Assembly: GCA_017429285.1 (NCBI GenBank)
Contig: JAFRPF010000041.1
Span: 2,753-66,752 of the forward strand
DNA: 64,000 nucleotides
DNA from: Bacilli bacterium
GTDB lineage: Bacteria; Bacillota_I; Bacilli_A; RFN20; CAG-826
Direction: 5' to 3'
In this document: in pieces, positions 8,892 through 19,700 of the stretch
Position numbering within the stretch: the first letter of the stretch is position 1
Layout: the number at the start of each line of letters is the position of its first letter
Made by a program: the position numbers and the translations under genes
Notes under the pieces: generated by a model
Seen by the model: the letters and a program-made list of their open reading frames with translations, nothing else
Database searches by the model: none
What the model was told of the DNA's origin: nothing

Positions 8892-10730
8892 ATGAGAAAA
8901 AAACAAGTTATACCAGATATATATTTAAAGGCTTATATCGATAACGAAGCTGACGCGAACAAAAAAATGATTATCGTTAACGCGATCGGTGGAGGCGTTG
9001 CCACGATATTAGCGATTTGTTATGCGGTGCATTTTTTCACTATTCCTTCGATTATGTATCCGGTGGTTTTAGTTTTATTCCCGGTTAGTGCTTTATTATT
9101 ATTTTCTCCATTATTATTTATAAAAAGTGATCGCTTAAGATTACCAAGATTTAAAAACTTCTTATTATTCTCTTTAATGACTGTTGTCGCGGCGATTAAT
9201 ATCTTCTTACCAAAACACGGTCTATTAGCCTGGACTTTACCAATCGTGATGGCGAGCCATTATTATAACCCTCGCTTTGCGAGAGTTATCTTCTTTTCGA
9301 CAATAACTTTGATGTTAATTTGTATGTATACAGGAATGTTTCTCGGCGAATATGATCCTTTATTACTTAGCTCAGGTGTTGAAAAAGAAGCTGTTAACAC
9401 ACCAGAAGGGCGTCTTGAATTATTAAAAGATTTAATGGCGCAAGGTAATAATAGATACTTAAAAGTATTTACTTTATATTACATCCCTCGTGTTGCGGCG
9501 ATTTCTTTAGTATTCATCATCCTAGATTCTTTAAATAGAAGAACTAATAGATTACTAAGAGAAGAAATTCTCGCTAACGGCGAACACGAAAAATCTAGAA
9601 CCGAATTAAACATCGCGAAAGAAATTCAAATTAATACATTACCAAGTTCTGAAATTGATGATGGTGAAGTTCATATTGTGGGTGAACTAGACGCAGCGAA
9701 AGAAGTGGGCGGCGATTTATATGATTATCTATATATCGATGAAAATCATATCGCCATCCTAGTGGGTGATGTCTCTGGTAAAGGTGTTCCAGCGGCGATG
9801 TTTATGATGAAAGTTATCACTTCCTTTAGAGACTTTACTGTGAAAAATAAATTACCGTCAGAAATATTAAAAGATATTAATACCTCTATTATTAGAGGTA
9901 ATAAAGCCGGAATGTTTGTCACTTGCTTCTTAGCGATTTTCGATAAGAGAAACGGTAAGATTATCTATTCTAATGCTGGACATAATCCTCCACTTATTGG
10001 TAATAGCTTTAACTTTCGATATTTAAAACCAAAACAAGGCTTTTTATTAGGCATGTTTGATGATCCTCCACTCGTGGATGAAGAAATCGTTTTGAAAAAA
10101 GGTGAAAGTATCACTTTATATACGGATGGCATTACTGAAGCTAGAAATAGTAATGGCGAATTCTATGGAGAAGAGAGATTATTAGAAACTTTTAATAAAA
10201 AAGAACAATTCTCCATCGATGAATTACATGAAGATTTAAAAGAAGATATCGCTAACTTTGTGAAAGATGCACCACAAAGTGATGATATCACTTTCGTGAC
10301 ATTAAAATATCATGATGCTTCAGTTAGAACAAATCATAAACGCTTTGATGGAACCTTAGAAGATATTAAAAATATGCTTTCTTTTATCGGTGATTTCGCT
10401 ATTGAGAATGAATTTAGTGAAGAAAATAAAAATAAATTATTAATAGTGAGCGATGAAATATTATCTAATGTGGTCAAATATGGTTATCAAAATGAGGGTG
10501 GACCAATCATGATTAGGTTGTCATTTAATAAATCAATTAGTGAATTTACGATCACCGTGATCGATAAAGCTCCAGAATTTAATCAATTAGAAGTCAAAAC
10601 TGATAACAATAATGAAGAATTACATATCGGTGGATATGGTCTTTCCATTGTAAAAAATATTATGGATGAATATTCATATAATTATGCGGACGAGAAAAAC
10701 ATTTTAACTTTAAAAAAGATCATTAAGTGA
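8892..10730 (+). CDS. Membrane-bound PP2C (SpoIIE/RsbU-type) phosphatase fused to an RsbW/SpoIIAB-like HATPase_c kinase domain
   Basis: Multi-TM N-terminus. PP2C motifs: GGDLYDY, VGDVSGKGVPAAMFM, NAGHNPP, LYTDGITEA, DDITFV. The C-terminus has EILSNVVKYGY and GGYGLSIVKNIMDE (N and G boxes). Confidence 0.8.
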   Translation: MRKKQVIPDIYLKAYIDNEADANKKMIIVNAIGGGVATILAICYAVHFFTIPSIMYPVVLVLFPVSALLLFSPLLFIKSDRLRLPRFKNFLLFSLMTVVAAINIFLPKHGLLAWTLPIVMASHYYNPRFARVIFFSTITLMLICMYTGMFLGEYDPLLLSSGVEKEAVNTPEGRLELLKDLMAQGNNRYLKVFTLYYIPRVAAISLVFIILDSLNRRTNRLLREEILANGEHEKSRTELNIAKEIQINTLPSSEIDDGEVHIVGELDAAKEVGGDLYDYLYIDENHIAILVGDVSGKGVPAAMFMMKVITSFRDFTVKNKLPSEILKDINTSIIRGNKAGMFVTCFLAIFDKRNGKIIYSNAGHNPPLIGNSFNFRYLKPKQGFLLGMFDDPPLVDEEIVLKKGESITLYTDGITEARNSNGEFYGEERLLETFNKKEQFSIDELHEDLKEDIANFVKDAPQSDDITFVTLKYHDASVRTNHKRFDGTLEDIKNMLSFIGDFAIENEFSEENKNKLLIVSDEILSNVVKYGYQNEGGPIMIRLSFNKSISEFTITVIDKAPEFNQLEVKTDNNNEELHIGGYGLSIVKNIMDEYSYNYADEKNILTLKKIIK

Positions 10731-10741
10731 TGGAGGGAATT

Positions 10742-11896
10742 ATGAAGTTTGAATTAAATAAAGATGTGTTAACCATCTACTTAGAGGGGGAATTTAATTC
10801 TTCTAATGCGGAACAAATCGGTCAAGAAATTGACAAGATTGTTAATAAAGAAAAATTTAATAAATTAGTAATGGATCTAGCTAAGGTTAGCTATATTTCA
10901 AGTGCGGGTTTAAGAGTGTTTTTAAAACTTAAACAACGTTATGATAATTACTCCATTATTAACGCTAGTTTAGAAGTTTATGATGTCTTCCAAATGACCG
11001 GCTTCACTAACATGATGGATATTAAAAAAGCTTTAAGAAAAGTGGATGTATCTCACGCTGAAGTAATTGGAGAAGGCTTTTTCTCCACAGTCTATCGTTT
11101 GGATAAAGATACCATTGTGAAAGTTTTTAACCGCACAAGTGATGCTGATCAAATTCAAAGAGAATTACGCCTTGCTAAAGAAGCATTTGTTTTAGGTGTT
11201 CCTACGGCGATATCTTTTGATATCGTTCAAGCGGGAGATAAACTCGGCGTGATGTTTGAAATGCTCGATTGCGCTTCTTTAAAAAATGTCTTATTAGAAG
11301 ATAAAAAACATTACCAAGAAAATTTAAAGAAATATGCGATGTTATTAAAGAAAATTAACACCACAGAATGTTTAAATCCGGAAATCCCTGATATTAAAAA
11401 ACTTTACTTTAAGAAATTAGAAGAGATTAAGAAACATCTAGAAGATAAATATTATCAAAAAGCCAAGAAATTATTAGAATCTATCCCTGATCGAAAAACA
11501 TTCGTGCATGGTGATTGTCACTTTAAAAACATCATGGTCCAAAATGGCGAATTCTTATTAATTGATATGGATACCTTATCCGTTGGTCATCCCATATTTG
11601 AATTAGCGGCGATTTACGCCCCTTATTGCGCCTTTAACGAAGATGAACCCGGTAATAGTGTGAAATTCTTCGGCATCAAAGATGAAGATGCTAAAAATCT
11701 CTATAATACCGTTCTCGATTTATATTTCGGTAAAGATATTAAAGAAGGCAAAGATAAGATTAGATTATTAAGCTACATCCATATGGTGTGGTGGAATAGA
11801 GTTAACGAACCGAATAATAATGTGAGATTAGAAGGTTGCCGTTCTCGTTTATACGAATTATTAGATAAATATAACGATTTAGATATTGGCATATAA
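10742..11896 (+). CDS. STAS domain fused to an APH/choline-kinase-fold kinase domain
   Basis: The N-terminal STAS carries LVMDLAKVSYISSAGLRVF. The C-terminal kinase fold has IVKVF (Lys), HGDCHFKNIMV (catalytic loop) and LIDMD (metal-binding Asp). I chose ATG 10742 because it follows GGAGGG. Confidence 0.75.
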   Translation: MKFELNKDVLTIYLEGEFNSSNAEQIGQEIDKIVNKEKFNKLVMDLAKVSYISSAGLRVFLKLKQRYDNYSIINASLEVYDVFQMTGFTNMMDIKKALRKVDVSHAEVIGEGFFSTVYRLDKDTIVKVFNRTSDADQIQRELRLAKEAFVLGVPTAISFDIVQAGDKLGVMFEMLDCASLKNVLLEDKKHYQENLKKYAMLLKKINTTECLNPEIPDIKKLYFKKLEEIKKHLEDKYYQKAKKLLESIPDRKTFVHGDCHFKNIMVQNGEFLLIDMDTLSVGHPIFELAAIYAPYCAFNEDEPGNSVKFFGIKDEDAKNLYNTVLDLYFGKDIKEGKDKIRLLSYIHMVWWNRVNEPNNNVRLEGCRSRLYELLDKYNDLDIGI

Positions 11897-11900
11897 TGGC

Positions 11901-11918
11901 TGTGACACTTATGTGACA
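11901..11918 (+). promoter_or_regulatory. Direct-repeat candidate operator TGTGACA-N4-TGTGACA (11-bp register)
   Basis: Perfect 7-mer repeated at 11901-11907 and 11912-11918, between the STAS-kinase stop (11896) and the GT2 start. Confidence 0.3.
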
Positions 11919-11943
11919 AGCTTTGTTATATCATTTTTTTGTT

Positions 11944-13254
11944 ATGAATTACGTCACGATTATTAACATTATTTTTGCTATCATTTCCGCTCTACTAGGC
12001 ATCTATCTTTTTCATTTTATTTTCTTTGCGATAAGTGCTACATTTCATCATCGTAAGTATCCAACTAGTGATGAGAAATGTCGATATGGAATTATCGTTA
12101 GCGCCAAAGATGAAGAGAAAGTTATCGGTCGACTTATTAATAGCATCAAGGAAACTAATTATCCTATGGATAAATTAGAGATCTTTGTGATCGCTCATAA
12201 CTGCAAAGATCTAACCGCGGAAATCGCTAGATCTTTAGGTGCCAAGGTTATTATAGATAATAACGAAAATGAAAAGACTCTGGGTCTAGCTTATAAATAT
12301 GCCTTTGAGCGTATAGAAAATATATCTTCCTATGATGGTTTTATCTTCTTTAACGCTGATAATGTTGTACCTAAAGATTATTTTGATAAATTAAACGATG
12401 CTTTTATCTATTATCATAAAAAAGATGTCGTCTCCTCATTACGCCATTCTTTAAATGTGGAAGATGGTTTAATACCATCTTTATATAATTATTATTTTTC
12501 AACATCATGTTTATTAGCCTTTTCGGGAAGAAATAATTTTAATGTTTCCGGTCGTATTACTGGTTGTGGATTTGTCCTTCCTTCCTCTTATTTAGTCGAT
12601 GGTTGGAATTATTTAAGCATCACGGAAGATATTGAATTTAGTGCCGCAAATGTTTGTAAAGGAAGGACGATCCGTTTTTGCTATGACGCTGTCTTTTATG
12701 ATGAACAACCCACTGATTTAAAAACGGTGTGGAATCAACGTATCCGTTGGGCTAAAGGACAACAGATAATTTCTAAAAAATATTTTCCGATTGTGCTTAA
12801 ATCCTTATTTTCTAAAGAACATAAAAATAAAGTGTCTTTATTTGTTTCATTAACTTTTCACTCGTTTATTGTTCTAACGGTGTTCGTTTTATTTTTAGCG
12901 CAAATAATATTGCTTTTACTTTCACCGATATTTAATGTCTCTATTTATGATGCGTTTTTATATTGGGATCATTCCGCTTCTTTCTTTACCAATATGTTTT
13001 TATCTTTTAATACTGGTTATTTATTTACATTTTTTAAATCAATTGCGTTTTTCTTCCTTAATTCCTATCTAACCGCAGCTATGGTATTAATATCAGGAAG
13101 AAGTAAGAATAAAGATTTTAATAAAGGAAAAATGTTTATCTCATTTTTTATCTATCCTTTGTTTTTAGCGTTACAATTTCCGATGGAAATCATCGCTCTA
13201 TTTAAAAAAGAAATTAAATGGAAAAAGATTGATCACGGTAAAAGTGTTGATTAG
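11944..13254 (+). CDS. Processive family-2 glycosyltransferase (membrane-embedded beta-glycan synthase type)
   Basis: Motifs FFNADN (DxD), ITEDIEF (TED) and QRIRWAKGQ (QxxRW), with TM helices at both ends. The start is uncertain: ATG 11944 or TTG 11923, and neither has a clear SD. Confidence 0.8.
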   Translation: MNYVTIINIIFAIISALLGIYLFHFIFFAISATFHHRKYPTSDEKCRYGIIVSAKDEEKVIGRLINSIKETNYPMDKLEIFVIAHNCKDLTAEIARSLGAKVIIDNNENEKTLGLAYKYAFERIENISSYDGFIFFNADNVVPKDYFDKLNDAFIYYHKKDVVSSLRHSLNVEDGLIPSLYNYYFSTSCLLAFSGRNNFNVSGRITGCGFVLPSSYLVDGWNYLSITEDIEFSAANVCKGRTIRFCYDAVFYDEQPTDLKTVWNQRIRWAKGQQIISKKYFPIVLKSLFSKEHKNKVSLFVSLTFHSFIVLTVFVLFLAQIILLLLSPIFNVSIYDAFLYWDHSASFFTNMFLSFNTGYLFTFFKSIAFFFLNSYLTAAMVLISGRSKNKDFNKGKMFISFFIYPLFLALQFPMEIIALFKKEIKWKKIDHGKSVD

Positions 13255-13510
13255 ATGTCGGTGATATTGATCAATTTTCTAAGTAAAATAATAAAATTTA
13301 TTTCCAATTATTCAAATCCAAATGGCCGCATTTGTTTTTTGCGATGTCAGCAATATATTAATTAAGAAATCTTAAATTTACGTACACGTGTTTATTGAAT
13401 GACGAAATAAGTGAAGTGCAGCGAATTTAAATTGAGCATACATTTCTCAGATATATGACAAAAAACCTCACAAATGTCCGATATAATACATCGCCTATGT
13501 AAAAAAACAA

Positions 13511-13580
13511 AAAAGAAAATAGGGAAAAAACTGTAAAAGAAAGTAGGGGAAAATCTTTAAAAGAAAATAGGGAAAAAACT
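13511..13580 (+). repeat. Three tandem 24-bp A-rich repeats (AAAAGAAAATAGGGAAAAAACT core)
   Basis: Copies at 13511-13532 and 13559-13580 are identical. The middle copy at 13535-13556 is AAAAGAAAGTAGGGGAAAATCT. They lie in the 530-bp gap upstream of the giant gene. Confidence 0.85.
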
Positions 13581-13786
13581 TGATATTTTAGTAAATGTAA
13601 ACCAAAAACTTTACTTTAGGTATTAAAAAGTATAGTTTTGTATTGTTTTATATTGCGTGGTCAGCTTTTATATTTTAATATATAAAAAACAACTACATTG
13701 TCCATTGTTTAATTTAGATTAAAAGCTATGGTCATTGTAAATCATTAAGTATCTTGTAATTAGTGATTATTTATAGGTATTGGTGT

Positions 13787-16700
13787 ATGAAGAAATCTAT
13801 TGTTAAAAGTATCGCGCTAGGAATTGGTGGATTATTAAGTCTATCCTTTTTGTTTGGCGTAGGTTCAAATAACCAATCTATCAATAAAGAAGATAGTGAC
13901 ACTGCTTTATTAGCAACTAGCGTAAAAAAACAACAACTCATTAATAGAGATGGCGTTAACACAGAAGGAACACCTTTACCTACTAGTGGCACGTTATCAG
14001 CAGGAACATATTATCTAGATTCTGACTCAACTATTACTTCGATATTAAATATTACTTCTGGTGACGTTATTGTAAATCTTAACGGACACACCTTAAATGG
14101 TGGTGGCCGAGATAAAGGTACTTTTTACGTAACAGGCGGAACATTAACGGTTAATGGTAAGGATGAGACAACCGGTCAGCGTGGCCTAATAAATAATGCC
14201 GGAGGCTATTATCCAGGTAGTGGTTATAGTTATGGCGGTGCGCTTTATATTACTAAAGGTGAAGCAACATTTAACGACCTTGACATTACAAATTGTCAAG
14301 CTAACTGGGGCGGTGCCATATATATGAGTAATAGCGCCGTTACTCTTAATAATTGTAATTTGTCTGGCAATAAAGCCACTAACGGCTATGGGTATCCTTG
14401 CGCCATTGATGTTGGGGATTCTTCTACCGCCGGGACAGGACTAACCGTAAATGGTGGTGAGATGTTTTCTAATGATGCCGGTATATCTTTAGGTAATAAA
14501 GCAAAGGCCACAATAAATGGAGCTTATATTCACGACAACGAGCGTTTTGGTGTCCGTGTTGAAGATAGTGGTGCAACTTTAAATATATCTGGTGATACTA
14601 TCATAAAAAACAATTCTACATCAACAACTTCGGGTGCACGTGCTAATTTACGTATAAATGGTACTAATCAAGCTAAAATTGCCATCACATCTGCTCTAGG
14701 TGATAATGCATCGATTGGTATTACCATGACCGGGACTCAAGGTATTTTTACCGCTAGTGCGGATACATCACTGAATGATTTCAGCAAATTCTTTAGTGAT
14801 GATGCTAATTATGCTGTTGCTAAAAACAGTGATGGTCAACTATATCTAACAGAAGCTGTTGCCACTGTCACGAGTGGTGCAACAGTTACGGAATATGCAA
14901 CTTTTAGTGATGCTGTTAGTGCATGGGGATCTGCTAGTAATGGCGCAAACTTGACATTACTAAAAGATTCGACTACTGAAAGCACAATCTCTGTTAGCGA
15001 TACTAAGACATTTGATTTAAATGGATGTGGCATTAACGCTAACGGAAGTAGCATTCCGATATTCACCGTTAATGCTGGTGGTGATTTTACTCTTAACGAT
15101 AGTGGTTCAACCACTCATTACTATACATTAGCTAATGTTGAATCTAATGGAGCGGCTTTTGCCACAATTTGTGATGAAGAAACTTATGAAGCTGCTGCAG
15201 CTGACGCTAGAGGAACTTTTACTGGTGGATATTTAACTGGGGCCAATCCTAGTGCACAAACTGGTATTTATCCAGGTGGTGGTATCTATATTTTAGCTAA
15301 TGGTGTGGCCACAATGAATGGTGGCACTATCATTGGTAATATTGCCTCTAACTGTGCTGGTGGAGTTGGAAGTTATGGCACATTCATTATGAACGATGGG
15401 AATATTATCTATAATCGTGCAAGAAGAGGAGCCGTTCTTGCTTCTGCAGGGGAAATGACAATTAATGGTGGTCATATCTCTTATAACACTGGTAGAGGCA
15501 CTCAAGATTGCGGTACCTCTGGCGCTGTAATGATTTATGGTAATTGCACCAGTTTCATTATTACTGGTGGTTATTTTACTAATAACTTTGCAAAATATGC
15601 CGGATTTGCTAGCAATATAGAAACTATCTCAATATCTGGTAATCCAGTATTTAAAGATAATATTGGTTGTGGCGCTAGTGGCACTGATACTACAGAAATT
15701 AATGCCTGGTTATGTAGAAGAAGTAATCTCAATGTCTATTTTGATATTGTTGGTGAATTAACTGAAGGTGCAGAAATAGGTGTCACTATAGAAAATACAT
15801 CTACAGGTGTTATCACTAACTCAAGTGATATTTCATATAATGACGAAAGTAAATTCTTTAGTGATGCTAGTTATGCCGTTGCGAAAAACAGTGATGGTCA
15901 ACTATATCTAACAAATGCTGTTGCCACTGTCACAAGTGGTGAAACGGTTACAGAATATAATAACTTTGATGACGCTCTTGCTGCATGGACTGATGAAACT
16001 ACTCTTAAATTATTAAAAGATGTCACTATGAGCGATACTATTAATGTGAATAATAATGCCACTCTTGACCTCAATGGTCATGGAATTAAAGCAACCGGCA
16101 CTGACTATAGTGTTCTTACTATTAATAATGGAGGAAAACTTATCATCATTGATAGTGGTGATACGACACAATATTTCACAATAACTGACCGTTATGATGG
16201 TAATGGGGCGGGATTTGCTACTGTTTGTGATAAAGCCACATATGATGCGGCTAGTGAAAACCTTAGAGGCACATTCCAAGGTGGCTATATTACTGGTGGG
16301 AATATCATAAACACCGGGTTTTATCAATCTAAAGCCGGAGCTATCACTGTTATGGAAGGTGGAGAACTTGATTTTAAAGCCGGTACTATTATTGGTAATA
16401 GCGGTGGCAGCGAATCTCCTGGTGGTGTTAGTTCATTTGGTACATTTACACTTAATGGTGGAAACATCATCTATAATCGAGGTAGAAGAGGCTCTGGAGT
16501 ATTTCTTGATAAAGGCACTTTCGTAATGAATAGTGGCTCTATTGAATATAACACTGGTGTAGGTGCAACTGAATATGGTACTTCTGCCTTACACTCATAT
16601 GGAAACACCAAGTCTATTTCCTTAAAAGGAGGAAGCATTTCTCATAACTATGCTAAGTATGGAGGAATTCTCACACCAATTAATATCTTTTTATCCGGAG

Positions 16701-19700
16701 ATTTCGTTGCCGCTAATAACATTGCTTGTGGATCTTCTGGAACCGACGCAGCAAATAGAAACATCATATTATCAGAGGGCGCACTTATAAGCGGATGTAT
16801 TACTGGAAATACACCTATAGGTATTAGTTTTCTTGGCTCTGATACTGGTGTATTTACTAATAATACCGATACATCTTTAAATGATCCTAGTAAGTTTGTA
16901 AGTGATAACACTAACTATGCTATTGGAGTTTATCCAGCTGATAGTACCAAAGCTGGACAATTATTCATTGGTAATAAGGTTACTGTTACTTATACTACTG
17001 AATACGGAACTGCGCCTGCTTCTGATGTAGTGGCAGACGGTTCTATTATTTATAATGAACCAACATCTCCAAGCCAGGAAGGTTATGTATTTATAGGTTG
17101 GTATAAGGATGAAGAATTTGAAAACGCCTGGGATTTTGCTACTGACACTGTCACTTCAAATACAACCTTATATGCTAAATGGTACGATGAAGCTACAGCC
17201 AATGTTATTAAACTAATCAATGATATTGGCGATCTTACATATGCAGGTGGTGTTAACGATTCATTAGATGACATTATCACTGCAAAAGCTGCATATGATG
17301 CATTAACTCCAAGCCAACAAGCAATTGTTAATAAAGAAAATAAAGATGTTTTGGATCACGACATCTTAACATATAGACATGTTGATAATGTTGCAGATTT
17401 AATTAAAGAAATTCCTGCAGCAAGTGATTCTCAAGAATATTACGGTGCAGTTGAAGCTGCTTTAGCAGCGTATAAAGCTTTAACCGATGAAGAAAAAAAC
17501 ATTTTAAATGCTAGTCTTGATTTCCAATACAAAAAGACACTTGATGATAATATCGCCGCTAAAGAAGTTATTGAACTTATCCAAGATATTGGAGAAGTAA
17601 CTTATAACGGTGGTCAAGATGACTCTAAAGACGATATCAATGCCGCCTTAGATGCGTATAACAATTTAACTGACGATCAAAAGGCAAGCGTTAATAACGC
17701 TAATAAAGATGCTTTAGATGAGGCAAAAGAAACATATGATAATGTCGATGAAGCCGTTAATCTAATTAATTCTATCGGTGATATTAATCACGGAGGAGAA
17801 AGCGATTCAAAAGAAGCAATCGATGCTGCTAAAGACGCTTATGAGTCTTTGACACCGGAAGAAAAAGCTCTTGTCGCTTCATATAATAACTCTGAAAAAA
17901 CATTAGAAGACGCTGAAGAAGTATATGATGTTTTAGTTAAAATCGATGACATCGGTGAAGGCGATGATGATGAGAAAATTAAAGAGGCTAGAGATGCTTA
18001 TGACGCCTTAACTCCAGAACAAAAAGATAAAGTGAACGATGAATCTTTCCAAAAATTAATTGCTGCTGAAAATCGTTCTAGTGACGCGAAAAAGCAAGCA
18101 AATATCTTATTTATCGTTTTCTTAATTCTTTCCATTCTCTTAATTGTTAGCGGATTAATCGTTCTCTTTGTTCTTCTTAAAAGAAGAAAAGATGAAAATA
18201 ATAGCAATAATAAGCAAGTAAAAGTAGCATCTATTTCTGGATTATTACCATTATTAATTTTAGTTTCATATTTTAGATCAACTAAATTTATCATCCTTTA
18301 TATTTTAATAGCTGTCGGAATTCTCATTTGGTTAGCTAACCTGATTCTCTTTGTTTCTAAAAAGAGACAAAAAGAAGTGAAAGTCGAAGCTAAACCTGAA
18401 ACAGTTATTTCCGCTGTATCTCAAGATAAACAAACTGAAATAATTAACGAAGATGAAGAAGAAGTGGAAACTATCACTGATGAAAAAGGCAATGTCTTCC
18501 AAATCAGGTTTATCAAATCTTTCACCGCTAAACTTATTCAATCTCCAGATGAAACTAAAAAATATTATGAAGAGCTTAAAAACGAAGTCCTTTCATATAA
18601 GAAAACAAATTCCAGAATCTCTTGGCATTATGATGCGGTTAATTCCGGAAGAAACTATGTTTTAAAATTTGTAATTAGAGGAAAAACACTTTGTGTTTAT
18701 CTTCCTTTAAACGCTGATGATTATGCTAATTCAAAATACAAAGTAGAGAAAGCTGAATCTAAACGTTATGAAGATGTACCATGTCTCTATCGTATTAAAA
18801 ATGATAGAAGATTAGGTTACGCGAAAGAACTTATCGAAGTGGTTGCTAATAACCTCGGTTTAGAAAAAGAGGAAGAACAACATGAAGTCTACTCTAATCT
18901 CCCATATGAACCTAATAAACCACTTGTTGCTAGAGGTTTAATTAAAGAACAAAAAATACAAGTTAATAAGCCCGCTAGTGAACCCGCTATATTAGAAACT
19001 AAAACTAATTCAGATGGAGATGAAGTGGTGGTCAGTAAAGACGCAAGTGGCAACATCTTTGAAATTAGATATATTAAGTCATTTACCGCTAAACTTATTC
19101 AGTCTCCAGATGAAACAAAGAAATATTATGAAGAGCTTAAAAATGAGGTTCTCTCTTATAAAAAGACTAACTCTAGAGTGAGTTGGCATTATGATGCGAT
19201 TAACTCTGGTAGAGAATATGTCTTAAAGTTCGCTATTAGAGGAAAAACACTTTGTGTCTATCTCCCACTTGATAGTGAGAATTTGGAAGATAAGTATAAA
19301 GTTGAAAAAGCGGAAAGTAAACGCTACGAAGATGTACCTTGCTTATATCGAATCAAGAATGATAGAAGACTAGGCTATGCAAAAGAACTTATCGCGATGG
19401 TGGTCTCTAACCTCGGCTTAGAAAAAGATGAAGAGCAACATGAAGTCTATTCAAATCTTCCATATGAAGAGAATAAACCGCTTATCGCTAGAGGTTTAAT
19501 CAAAGAACTTAAAGTTAAAGTAAATAAACCTGATTATGGTCCTGTTGTCTTAGAAAGCAAAGTCAACTCTGAAGGTGATGAAGTAGTATTAACTAAAGAT
19601 AGCAGTGGTAACTTATTTGAAATTAGATATATCAAATCATTTACTGCAAAACTCTCTCAAAGTGAGGCCGAAGTTAAAGATTATTACACAATTTTAAAGA

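Noticed and set aside
13511-13580. Possible CRISPR array
   Set aside because: The three 24-bp units are contiguous with no spacers. There is no cas gene in the window and the repeat is A-rich rather than palindromic. It is a tandem repeat, not a CRISPR.
13255-13786. Riboswitch (e.g. c-di-GMP class I/II) in the long leader of the adhesin-like gene
   Set aside because: I could not find the GC-rich conserved cores or paired helices expected for GEMM-type or other common riboswitches. The region is almost entirely A/T with only short stems. A covariance-model scan would settle this definitively.
13771-18541. Numerous 60-105-aa ORFs antisense or out of frame inside the giant gene, with similar shadow ORFs inside other long genes (e.g. 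276-667, 43375-44015, 57901-58227)
   Set aside because: They lie wholly within strongly supported long CDSs, lack SD sequences, and have low-complexity or odd composition. They are typical shadow ORFs of AT-rich coding sequence.
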